This document shows positions 17,758 through 27,158 of a DNA stretch of 64,000 nucleotides, piece by piece. A program made the translations under genes and the position numbers. The notes beneath the pieces were generated by a model. That model searched no databases, was not told the DNA's origin, and saw only the letters and a list, made by a program, of their open reading frames with translations. How positions within the stretch are numbered: the stretch's first letter is position 1; each line of letters starts with the position of its first letter. The stretch lies in the sequence record NC_022096.1; one strand, given 5' to 3'.

Positions 17758-20730
17758 ATGTACATTCCTGTAAGTCTTGCGAATGGTGCAACCTTCGTAG
17801 ATTGCGTGGTCGATGTGAGCGGTACCCTTGTGGCTGCGTGTGCTGTTCGGTACGAAGGCCAAGATTACGCTCCTGGTGTGGAAATTCAGGTAGAGCGTAC
17901 AAAGACTGTACGCTTGAGTACGACCGTATCGGCGTATGCTGAAATCTCCGTGATGCTCGCAGGCAAGCAGCATTACTGGTATGTCGATCTGCCGAAGAGC
18001 CTTCGCTACGTTGCCGCAAACGAGTATAAGTCGGTAACGGGCACAACCTACGGTAGCCTGCTGAACACTCAGACCCAAACGTCCCGCGCTTTTACACCCA
18101 CTGGAACATTCACTGGCGGTGATGCAGTTGCCGCCATCGACTTCGTTAAGAAGGACATCTGGTTCTTCAACACCAGCAATGAAGTCAAGAAACTCACCAT
18201 TGCAACGCAGCCCATTGCTGTGCTGTTCGTTCCGCGCTGGAGCGCCGTCGATGGCGTTACCACAACCTGCTATATCGCCACAGCATCGCAACTGCTTCGT
18301 TTGGACGCCAGCTTCAACGTGGCGGAGACCTTCGAAGTTGAAGCTGGCGTGGTTGCTGCGTCCGGCGACGTTGACGGCAACATCGTTCTCGCGTATGCCG
18401 ACAAGCTGGTTCGCTGGAAGGACAACGCGGTACTTGCCACGATCGTCGCACCCAACCTGAGCGCCGTGCATTCGCTGTTCGTAACGCCTGCCAACGACTA
18501 CGTGGTCGGGTGTGCTGCCGGGCTGACTATCAGCAAGTTCGAGGGCGGTAGCTGGGTTACGACCACGATCAACACTTATACGGGCCGCTACTGGGCCTTT
18601 GACATCAACGATACCTTCCTGTATGCGGTTGATGCAGGTAACCGACTGGTCGCCAAGATTTCTCTTGCCGACTATGCGTACACGCCCGTGTATTTCGACA
18701 AGGTACCACGAGACGTTGTTGTCAACGGTGACGATGTTTACGTGTCTTTCTTGAACGATGCAACGGCCAAGCGCTTCGACAAGGAACTGACCACAAGCCA
18801 AGACGTAACCGCCCTCAAGAGTTTTGGTGCAGCGTTCCTCGGTGCCTATCTGGTGACCGACCTGTACTCGAACGCGGCGGACGTCACGCTTGCAGAGCCT
18901 GCTGTAACAGCAGCCGTGAACCTCGTGGACAATATGCCACGATCGGAAGAAGTCGAACATCAGTGGACCGTTGACTGGGTACGCCCGGAGTTCGTTCGTC
19001 TGGGTACTACCGATGTCGTGATGCGCGTCAACGGCACGCCGTTCACGTCAGGTTATCTGCGGTCCGGTGACCTGGTCACGTTCACGATTCCCGCGACCAG
19101 TGAATGGTACTTCGATCGGAACGTGTCGCTCATCGGGCGCCGTGCTGTTACGTTCCGCTTCCGCACTGTACCTAAGTTGTACCCGGATACGGTGACCTTG
19201 CCACAGGTCCTCGAGGCCTTCCTGAAGGTAGAGTATTTGGAGAGCTTTGTCGTCGCTGGTATGACGTACGGGTTCACTACTACTGTGAGCACAGGCTCTC
19301 CAGAGCTCCTGTTCTCTGTCAATGGCGGTGCTTTCGGGACCACAGGTACCATCAAGAACGACGACGTTGTGGACGTGTCCGTGCGTATCACCTCGTTGAT
19401 TTCGCAACGTACCGCACACGACATCCTCGTGGATGATGCCGAGCAGCACGTGGCGTCTACCTGGACGGTACTCCCGATGACGCTCAACGGCGTCACGAAG
19501 CGCAACACTTCGGAAGTATTGAAGCCTCGCTTCGGTGAGCTGCACGTTCAGTCTGCAATCGAGACGCTCGACCCGTTCACACCCACGCTGTCTCCGTATG
19601 TCACCGTCGGGTACGATTCTGCCCAGTGGGAATTGGCAACTGACCGTGAAGCGTTCACGACTCAGTACGGCTGCACCAAACACAGCCAAGCGACAGTCGG
19701 AATCAGCGACGTGGCTCAATGGCTCATCAACTCCAAAGAGGTCAGCTTCGCCAAAGCCTCGCAGGGCCTGCACGTCCGCTACTCCCACGTCGTCAGTACA
19801 GACGCCGCCTACAGTGTAAATGCAAGTGCAGTGACCTTCCCCGGTGACACCGAAGTTGCATTGGTCGAGGCAGGCACTGTGGTGCATGCAAATGGGGTAT
19901 ACGCCATCGCTGCACAGTTCGCAGGCGCTGAGTTGTCTGCGGTGTACGCCATTGCTGCCCAGCATGCCTTTGCCGAACTCTCGGCAGAGTATTCTCTGGT
20001 GCCTGATGTGGTACGTCTGGAGATTGAGGCTGACTATGCGCGCGTCCCTGGCTATACTCGCATTGGTGTTGATGCTGATTGGGTTAGACCTTTGGGTGCT
20101 GAGCGCTACCTGACGTCAGCCGTCTACCAAGTGTTTGAATCTGGCGAGCGCGCTCCAGTGCAAGCCGCTTACGAGCTTGGTGTCAAAGGCAAGCGTGCAG
20201 TGTTCGAGGCCCAGCCTTCGCTGTCGTGGCGTTATCCGATGTCGGAAATCGAAACCCAGATGCTGCGTCGTGTGTCCAACGGCACCTACGTCATCGCTGG
20301 GCAGTACGATGTGCGCGAAGCAACAAACGTGCTGGAGTTTTCCGCGTCTGTGGTGTTGCGTCCGTCGGTTGAACTCTACGGCATGCACACTGTCTTCGAG
20401 CGACGTTCCAGCAACACTCGCTTTGAAGTGCAGCAGAATGTCGAGCGCCGCACCAGCAACACCATGTTGGTCGATCGCCCGGTTGTGGAGTTTATCCACT
20501 CTCAGCGCATCGGATACGCGCTTTCGGAAGACGCCAGTGCATTCTTCACGTCGCAAGAAGACGCGGAAGCCTATGCAGCGAGCATCAACCTGAGCGCCGG
20601 TGTTGTGTACAAGCAGATCAACGGAAAGTGGGTGTTCACGCTGACGCCGACCTCTTCCTCCGCTTCGTGTCCGCTTGGTGAACTGCCACCTGCGGCTTCG
20701 CGGCGCTTCGGTTACGTTGGAGGTGGTTAA
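17758..20730 (+). CDS. Large tail protein: propeller-like N-half, Ig-like middle, 17 x 15-aa repeat shaft
   Basis: Repeated short strands with D/N-G turns in the N-half; exact 15-residue periodicity at 19711-20475; GGAG SD. Confidence 0.7.
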   Translation: MYIPVSLANGATFVDCVVDVSGTLVAACAVRYEGQDYAPGVEIQVERTKTVRLSTTVSAYAEISVMLAGKQHYWYVDLPKSLRYVAANEYKSVTGTTYGSLLNTQTQTSRAFTPTGTFTGGDAVAAIDFVKKDIWFFNTSNEVKKLTIATQPIAVLFVPRWSAVDGVTTTCYIATASQLLRLDASFNVAETFEVEAGVVAASGDVDGNIVLAYADKLVRWKDNAVLATIVAPNLSAVHSLFVTPANDYVVGCAAGLTISKFEGGSWVTTTINTYTGRYWAFDINDTFLYAVDAGNRLVAKISLADYAYTPVYFDKVPRDVVVNGDDVYVSFLNDATAKRFDKELTTSQDVTALKSFGAAFLGAYLVTDLYSNAADVTLAEPAVTAAVNLVDNMPRSEEVEHQWTVDWVRPEFVRLGTTDVVMRVNGTPFTSGYLRSGDLVTFTIPATSEWYFDRNVSLIGRRAVTFRFRTVPKLYPDTVTLPQVLEAFLKVEYLESFVVAGMTYGFTTTVSTGSPELLFSVNGGAFGTTGTIKNDDVVDVSVRITSLISQRTAHDILVDDAEQHVASTWTVLPMTLNGVTKRNTSEVLKPRFGELHVQSAIETLDPFTPTLSPYVTVGYDSAQWELATDREAFTTQYGCTKHSQATVGISDVAQWLINSKEVSFAKASQGLHVRYSHVVSTDAAYSVNASAVTFPGDTEVALVEAGTVVHANGVYAIAAQFAGAELSAVYAIAAQHAFAELSAEYSLVPDVVRLEIEADYARVPGYTRIGVDADWVRPLGAERYLTSAVYQVFESGERAPVQAAYELGVKGKRAVFEAQPSLSWRYPMSEIETQMLRRVSNGTYVIAGQYDVREATNVLEFSASVVLRPSVELYGMHTVFERRSSNTRFEVQQNVERRTSNTMLVDRPVVEFIHSQRIGYALSEDASAFFTSQEDAEAYAASINLSAGVVYKQINGKWVFTLTPTSSSASCPLGELPPAASRRFGYVGGG

Positions 20731-21257
20731 TGCTTAGTTCCGAGGTGTTTCGTTTTGCCAAGCCCGGAATCGCCGTGCTGACAGGTGTGGTCAAGGCCGC
20801 ATCTGTCGGTGTGACGAATACCCCGTTCGTTGACTCGATTGCTATGGTGCCTAAAAACCGTGCCTTGTTCGATGTCATCGCTGCTGATGGCCGCGTGCTC
20901 AACCGTGCAGAAGGGTTCGAGCCTGACTACTGGTTCGATAATGGCAACCTTGTTGTGCGTCAAGCAGGTAGCTATACACTGCGCGAGTACGACAAGATCG
21001 GTCCTTTCGAGGATGCCGTTGTCAAGCCAGGTAGAAACTTCGTGCTGTCCGATGGCGGCGCCTTTCGTGTAGGCGTACCGTTCTGGCCGCAGGTGCTGTC
21101 TCAGCCTGAGAATGGCGTAGCGCGAGTTTCCAATGACGGAAAGAGCCTGGCGTATGTCTCGCAGGGTTTCCGAGGTCAAGCCTCGTTTGCGTATCGCATG
21201 GTCAACGCTTACGGTCAAGTGAGTGAGCCTGCGTGCGCGTACATCACAGCAATATAA
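20730..21257 (+). CDS. Virion protein with C-terminal cadherin/Big-like Ig domain
   Basis: PENG..RVSNDGKSLAYVSQGFRGQASFAYRMVNAYGQVSEPA matches the Ig-like P..G.....Y....F.G..SF.Y motif. Confidence 0.65.
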   Translation: MLSSEVFRFAKPGIAVLTGVVKAASVGVTNTPFVDSIAMVPKNRALFDVIAADGRVLNRAEGFEPDYWFDNGNLVVRQAGSYTLREYDKIGPFEDAVVKPGRNFVLSDGGAFRVGVPFWPQVLSQPENGVARVSNDGKSLAYVSQGFRGQASFAYRMVNAYGQVSEPACAYITAI

Positions 21258-21264
21258 ACGCAAC

Positions 21265-21296
21265 AGGCTGTGGAGCTGAGGCTCTACGGCCTTTTT
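21265..21296 (+). terminator. Intrinsic terminator
   Basis: AGGCTGTGGAGC-TGAG-GCTCTACGGCCT followed by TTTT. Confidence 0.8.
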
Positions 21297-21330
21297 GCGT
21301 ATCTATGCCAACATTTTTACGGGGAATCAT

Positions 21331-23094
21331 ATGAAACTCGTTCCGTTGCGGCGCAAAGGAATTCCGGCGCGCAGCGCAGTCGCAGGCTTTCGCGACGGCA
21401 AAGCGTACTACGGAGATTACGAGGTAACCCGCGTGGCTGAAAACAACTACGCAGCCCAACAAGATTTTCGCTGGCGAGTCCGCGACAATCTGCTGTTGGA
21501 GTCTGAGAGTTCCTCCTGCTTTCAGCGTATCGCTGGTCGTCCTGACATCATTGATTACGCACCTATCGGCACCCTCCGTGGAGTGCGCAACATGCTGTTC
21601 ACTTCGCAGCTTGGGGTTACCGCTGGAAAGAAGTTCTATTTCAGTAAGGGCTTTCTGGTAAGCGAGGACAACAAGATTCGACTGAACGCTGTCCATGTGT
21701 CTGGAAGCACTACCACGCAGTTCTCGGACCTGACGTATAACCATGGGGAGTTCCTGTTCGAGACAGTCGATTACTTCTGCATGCGGTTAATCAGAGGTCC
21801 ACGCGAGTTCTCCAACAACGCAAACTCTACCTATCTTGTCATGGTGTCTAAGCGCCCGTTCGATTTGGCGAACGTGTACGTTGCAAGTGGCGTTGTGGAT
21901 TTTGTCTACTTGGGTAAAAATCGCGCCACGTCTGCGGATGGTCGGCACACTCTGTTGATGTTGGCTTCAGGTCTTGCTACGGAATCCGGCAACGCTGTCC
22001 TACATTCAACAACGCTGACCAAAATCGCCGAAGCTACCGTGATCAGCTTGGAGAACGAGAATGCCCCATCCGTCGCTGCCTCATGGAAGTACCTGATCAC
22101 TGGACGTACTATCGGCGGTGGGCGCGTAGGTTCGACACTAGACTTGACCAAGTTTACACCGACCTTCGTGCGAGACATGGTTGAGTACGACAACGATGGC
22201 TTCATCAAGCGGATTGCCTACGTTGGACACGTACCAGAGCTCGGTGCCGAGCAGTGGAACTATACGGGATCGTCGCAGCCCGTGACTTTTCAAGAGACAC
22301 TTGGCGTCAACCACTTAGAGTTCTCCACTCGAGGCGATGACTCCGCACCGTACATCACTGTGGCGTATCAGCCAATACCTCTGTCTGCTGCGATGTTGGC
22401 AGCGACACCGTCAATCATAGCTACCGACAGTACGCATCAGTTCGTGACGTTGGCGACATTAGCGGCTTGGAAGCACGGCTCTAAGTTTTACGTGGCTGCA
22501 TACGGTTCTATGGGTATGGCAAAATACCTACGCCGCTACGCAGCACAGGCTCCAGTATATCCGCTGACTGTGTTCTCTTACGATGTGGATGCCGCGAACG
22601 TGCTGTCCAACAGACAAGTCCACGAGTTCCCGGTCGATGGTGGCGTACAAGCGCAATTGGGTACGTACCTGGTTTCGGCAGATGGTGGTTACGTTTGGTT
22701 CCCTAGCCACAGTAACGGTAGCGTTGTGTGTCTTGACGTAACTGGCGCAACCCCGCAACTGCACGCTGCCTCGATCGGAGGAACGTACTTCCAATTCATG
22801 GGAGTTCACGGCGATCAATTTATGGGCCTACAGGACAACGTGCCGTACATGATGCGCCCAACCCCAGACGCGACGTTCACGATGACATTCGACAAGACGG
22901 AGTACCTAAGAGGAGAATCTGGTGTTCTGTCAGTTTCGGCATCCAGTGATTGCATCGTGAAGGTGCGTCTTTTCGGCTGCGTGACCCAGCAACGTGAAAC
23001 GGAATTGGATGTTGTCTTGACCGCGGACACACCAGAACTCATAAGCGTGCTGGTGAACTCTGACCCGATCGCACAAATCATTGAAGTGGAGTGA
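21331..23094 (+). CDS. Putative receptor-binding/tail protein, paralogue 1 of 4
   Basis: Beta-rich; C-terminal TFDKTEYLRGESGVLSV...LFGC module shared with neighbours. Start placed at ATG 21331 after GGGGA. Confidence 0.65.
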   Translation: MKLVPLRRKGIPARSAVAGFRDGKAYYGDYEVTRVAENNYAAQQDFRWRVRDNLLLESESSSCFQRIAGRPDIIDYAPIGTLRGVRNMLFTSQLGVTAGKKFYFSKGFLVSEDNKIRLNAVHVSGSTTTQFSDLTYNHGEFLFETVDYFCMRLIRGPREFSNNANSTYLVMVSKRPFDLANVYVASGVVDFVYLGKNRATSADGRHTLLMLASGLATESGNAVLHSTTLTKIAEATVISLENENAPSVAASWKYLITGRTIGGGRVGSTLDLTKFTPTFVRDMVEYDNDGFIKRIAYVGHVPELGAEQWNYTGSSQPVTFQETLGVNHLEFSTRGDDSAPYITVAYQPIPLSAAMLAATPSIIATDSTHQFVTLATLAAWKHGSKFYVAAYGSMGMAKYLRRYAAQAPVYPLTVFSYDVDAANVLSNRQVHEFPVDGGVQAQLGTYLVSADGGYVWFPSHSNGSVVCLDVTGATPQLHAASIGGTYFQFMGVHGDQFMGLQDNVPYMMRPTPDATFTMTFDKTEYLRGESGVLSVSASSDCIVKVRLFGCVTQQRETELDVVLTADTPELISVLVNSDPIAQIIEVE

Positions 23095-23098
23095 TCAA

Positions 23099-24982
23099 AT
23101 GCGCGTGGCTAAAATAGCAAGACGCCAAAAGAGCCCGGTGAGCCCACAGTTCGGCGAGCACTTCGGGAAAATTTTCAGTGATGATCTGTACGAAGACGGA
23201 CTACCCAGGCCGCGCTTCCCGTACATGCGCAATGCTCCAGCGCAAACCTGGGTGGGCATGGTCCCAAATCAAGTGGTGTCTACCCAGCAGTGCTCGTTCA
23301 CGCCAGGCACTGGCCTTGGGACTATTGGTGTGTCTGTGGCAAGTCTTCCCCACATTAACGGACACAACAGCGAGTGGTTCTGGTCAACCAAGGGCATCAC
23401 TGCAGGGAACCGCTACCGTTCGTACAACGGACGTATGTACGATCAGAACGGGGAGATTTACTTCTCCCCATACAACATCGGTCAGACGTTCTATGACGGT
23501 GATACCGTTGTTGCCGGTTGGGGACTGGAGATCGTATACGAGACTGCTCAGGTCTTCTTGATCAAGTTGATTGCCCGTCCAAGCACGACCTCCTATCAGG
23601 GCGTTTTCGATGGTGGTGGTTACGGCACGTGCGCTCTTGCCATGCTGTTCAAGTCCAACAAGAGCGTGCAAAACGAACTGCTCGGAAACTTCGACATCCA
23701 CTATCTTGGACGCACGCCAGATAGTGCCCTGGGCGCGAACGACGGAAAGACAACCTTTTTGGTGCAGTCGCATCTGTTGCGCTCACACTCGTATCAAACT
23801 GGCATAGTGGATGACTTGGGTACAAGCACAGGACACGGTGCAAAATTCCACTTGTTGCAGTTGGACGAGTCCGTGAATATCCAGTCGCACCCTGCTTGGA
23901 AGTTCTCGCTTCTGGCAAGAGTCGGCTCTGGCATTCAAGGTTTCATTGCACCAAAGCAGAAATTGCTCATTGCCTTCGACAAGTCGACCTGCCGGTACGA
24001 CGAAGACGACCGCATCGTCGGCTTTTCTTTCGCTGGTGCTGATACTGCTAAAGTTGCCGAATCGTGGCCGTTGTTGTCAGCGGCTATGCAATTCGGATTG
24101 GACGACAATCTGTCCGTGTTCAACGTGGACTTTACCGGACCTTCGACCTTTGGTGTGGTAGCGTCTCCGAAGTTGCCTCTGCCTGCCCAGTGGCTTTCCG
24201 CCCAATGGTTGCTGAACAGTGGCACATCCAACAACTTCGTACTGTCGCTCGCTAATGGTAAGTCGTGGTCGTATGTCCATGACGGCCTGAAGTATCTGGC
24301 TGTATTCCTGAATGCTACTGGCTTCGATGAATATCGGTACAGCGACACGACCAGCTTTGCCAACGTGCGTACTCCGCCAGCACTGCCTCCTTTGCTCTTT
24401 CGTGCGCCGATCAACGACCAGGGAGTCGTGTCTGGACCGTGGAGTGTGACGGAGTATCCTGTGCATTTTGGCATTGGTTTGCGCGAACGTGCGATGCTGC
24501 TGACTGAATCCAGGAAGCGTCTGGTCATGGCTCACGAACAAGTGCGCTACGCCTTTCGCCAACTGAACACGCCGACAGTCGATCCGCAAAACGTCATCGT
24601 TACGATTGACGCTGCGACAGGCGAGCATGAAATACACAGGCTGCCAGAGGGCGATCAGTTCGAGATCGGTATCGTGTCCTTCGGCGTCAGTGGCGAGGAT
24701 GTTTACGTTCTCACCCGAGATTTCTGCCAATACGTGCTGCGTCCAAATGGCATCCTCCCGACGCTGTCGCTGGACAAAGAGACATACCAGCGTGGAGATA
24801 CCGCGACGCTGACCATCACCGTCCCGGAGTCGTGTCGTGTTAAGCTGGAGCTGTTCGGATGCAGGTACGAGGGTAACCGCAATATCGATGTCTTGGTCGC
24901 CGCAAGCGAGCAACTACAATTAGACGTGGTAGGCTGCGTTGAAGTGCATGTTACCTACTGCGAACCGGAGGTGCAAGAATGA
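23099..24982 (+). CDS. Putative receptor-binding/tail protein, paralogue 2 of 4
   Basis: GGAG SD before ATG 23099; C-terminal SLDKETYQRGDTATLTI...LFGC module. Confidence 0.65.
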   Translation: MRVAKIARRQKSPVSPQFGEHFGKIFSDDLYEDGLPRPRFPYMRNAPAQTWVGMVPNQVVSTQQCSFTPGTGLGTIGVSVASLPHINGHNSEWFWSTKGITAGNRYRSYNGRMYDQNGEIYFSPYNIGQTFYDGDTVVAGWGLEIVYETAQVFLIKLIARPSTTSYQGVFDGGGYGTCALAMLFKSNKSVQNELLGNFDIHYLGRTPDSALGANDGKTTFLVQSHLLRSHSYQTGIVDDLGTSTGHGAKFHLLQLDESVNIQSHPAWKFSLLARVGSGIQGFIAPKQKLLIAFDKSTCRYDEDDRIVGFSFAGADTAKVAESWPLLSAAMQFGLDDNLSVFNVDFTGPSTFGVVASPKLPLPAQWLSAQWLLNSGTSNNFVLSLANGKSWSYVHDGLKYLAVFLNATGFDEYRYSDTTSFANVRTPPALPPLLFRAPINDQGVVSGPWSVTEYPVHFGIGLRERAMLLTESRKRLVMAHEQVRYAFRQLNTPTVDPQNVIVTIDAATGEHEIHRLPEGDQFEIGIVSFGVSGEDVYVLTRDFCQYVLRPNGILPTLSLDKETYQRGDTATLTITVPESCRVKLELFGCRYEGNRNIDVLVAASEQLQLDVVGCVEVHVTYCEPEVQE

Positions 24983-26766
24983 AGATAGTCCAGATGCCCG
25001 AGGACTTGAATCGCAGGAGCGAATACTTCGGGCTATATCGTGGAGAGCTGTATTCTGGCGACGTGGCCGTATCAGGTAATCCGGTTCCGAAAGCGTCTCG
25101 ATATTACCCGTCGAAGTCAAAACAGTTTGATGCCATCAAGATGGTGTCTTCCGGCTCCGGGTACCCGCAAGGAATGTTTATCGACGTTCCGGGTTCTTTG
25201 ATGGCGGTACAGGGGACGGCCAACTTTGTTGCTGTCGCAAACCCATCGCAGCTACGCGGCGCACAAAATCAACCGTTTGAGTCCAAGCTCGGCGCCACGG
25301 CTGGAAAGACTCTGTTCCAGCACGGCCACAACATCATCGTCAATCAGGACTACGAACAGGAATTCAGTATTTCAGGCACTGCACTGAACACGGCAAACGC
25401 CAACTCCGAGGGAGTGTCCGCCTTCTTCACCAACGGTCGTATCGTAGGTGAGACGAATACGCACCTGTTCGTGCACCAATTCCGCTTCGAGGATGGCGGC
25501 AACGATGAGTCCGCATTCTACGCACTGCACAAGGTGACTGGTGTTTTGATCCGGGTGCTGCGCGGGCGCTTTGACCTAGAGTATCTCGGAGAGGATTCCA
25601 ACTCCAATCCGCTGTTCTGGGTCAACGCACAGCAGCTAACTGATGCTCCTGCGAGCTTCTCTTTCGTAGGCACAGGAACGGGCGCCGGGTGCGCACAATA
25701 CCTGATGCGCGGAGTTCCTACTCCAACAGGGGTGGGGAACTTCGTGCAGGTGTACGTCGAGCGCATGGGCAATGGCGTCGCAAGCGGTGCTTCTGGACGG
25801 ACCAACTGCGTTACCTTGTGCTCGACTGACGCACCGATCGTCGAGTATGACGGCAACGGTAAAGTCGCGGCGTTCACCTTGCTCAATACAGACGACACTC
25901 GCCTTACGTGCGGCTCCAGCACCTTCCCGGGTTTGCGTGGCGGGTACTACGTCAACTGGTGTCGATATACGCTCAGTGCGGGCGTGCTGACTCGACAGAT
26001 TCTCCAACGTATCGACATCACCGAATACGAAGGAGCCGTGTTCAACAACCAAGACCCGTCGTACGGCAAGTCCTCCTCGCTGATTCAGTGCGTCTACTTC
26101 GTTGAGGACAATCAGCTATGCGCAGTCTTTGGTAACGGAGGTGCCCTGACATATCTTCCTTCGGACAACAGATTTCAGGCCGCCATTCTACCTACGCTGT
26201 TACTGCGTGCGTCCGTAGGAGAGCAGAACCAGCTCGGTGAGTTAGAGTGGCAGCGACTCGATCTAGCGGTGACGCCCAACTACGTCTTCAACTTCGGAAT
26301 GCTGGACAAGAAAGCCAAGAAGCTGTGGCAGGTTAGTTCTATGTCCTTCCGCAGGGACTTTCTTGAAGTGCGTTGCCTGAGTTTGTCGGATGTCCTGTGC
26401 GCCGACTACGGATATGTCTCGGGCAAGTCTTTCGCCATGGGTGCTGTGGATGGACGCCTCCTAGCAGCCGTGCAAGTCGAAGGCAACATGGTCAGGAAGT
26501 ATCAGTTCGTCTCCGAAGCGGTTGGAGCTAACGTCACTCTGGCTTTCAACCAAGCTGAGTACCAAGTCGGAGATACTGCGACGCTTACCGTGAACTCAGA
26601 CGTTGAGTTGCTGGTCACAGTGGAGCTCGACGGCGGTACGTTCTCGGATACCACAGACTCCAAAGAGTTTCAGGTGTTCGGCGAACTTCAACTGCCCGTG
26701 ACGGTCAAAGCTGCGCTCTCCGCCTCCGTGTCCAACATTCGTTTGCCTGAAGAGGTGCCAGAATGA
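24979..26766 (+). CDS. Putative receptor-binding/tail protein, paralogue 3 of 4
   Basis: ATGA overlap; C-terminal AFNQAEYQVGDTATLTV module. Confidence 0.65.
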   Translation: MKIVQMPEDLNRRSEYFGLYRGELYSGDVAVSGNPVPKASRYYPSKSKQFDAIKMVSSGSGYPQGMFIDVPGSLMAVQGTANFVAVANPSQLRGAQNQPFESKLGATAGKTLFQHGHNIIVNQDYEQEFSISGTALNTANANSEGVSAFFTNGRIVGETNTHLFVHQFRFEDGGNDESAFYALHKVTGVLIRVLRGRFDLEYLGEDSNSNPLFWVNAQQLTDAPASFSFVGTGTGAGCAQYLMRGVPTPTGVGNFVQVYVERMGNGVASGASGRTNCVTLCSTDAPIVEYDGNGKVAAFTLLNTDDTRLTCGSSTFPGLRGGYYVNWCRYTLSAGVLTRQILQRIDITEYEGAVFNNQDPSYGKSSSLIQCVYFVEDNQLCAVFGNGGALTYLPSDNRFQAAILPTLLLRASVGEQNQLGELEWQRLDLAVTPNYVFNFGMLDKKAKKLWQVSSMSFRRDFLEVRCLSLSDVLCADYGYVSGKSFAMGAVDGRLLAAVQVEGNMVRKYQFVSEAVGANVTLAFNQAEYQVGDTATLTVNSDVELLVTVELDGGTFSDTTDSKEFQVFGELQLPVTVKAALSASVSNIRLPEEVPE

Positions 26767-27158
26767 GCTTGACATCAATCTTTCGGCTCGCGCCTGTACG
26801 TGCAGCCGTCATAGGACCTAGCTTGTTGGGTGCCAAAACGGAGTACCGCAATCCTGGCATCAGCCTGCGCGTACTCGACGCCGACGCCGAAAAGGGTTCG
26901 TATGTCGGCGGTTTTCCTGCGGTAAAGTTGAGCTCCGTGCGTGATCGCTTTGCTATCTCCATGGGGAGCGTCACGGCGCCCGTCGGGGAGAAGCAACATT
27001 CTGCGTTGGCTCCAATATACGCATCGGCATCCGCCCGCGTCACCGATCAGCCGAGTGTTCAAGAAGGGCTGATCACGCATGTTCGCGTAACTACGGCAAG
27101 CGCTCGCATTGCCGCACCTGCTCACTCCACAGTTTCTATCGAGGTCGAATATGCGTAA
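26763..27158 (+). CDS. Hypothetical virion-associated protein
   Basis: ATGA overlap upstream and an overlap with the next start; no motif recognised. Confidence 0.55.
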   Translation: MSLTSIFRLAPVRAAVIGPSLLGAKTEYRNPGISLRVLDADAEKGSYVGGFPAVKLSSVRDRFAISMGSVTAPVGEKQHSALAPIYASASARVTDQPSVQEGLITHVRVTTASARIAAPAHSTVSIEVEYA

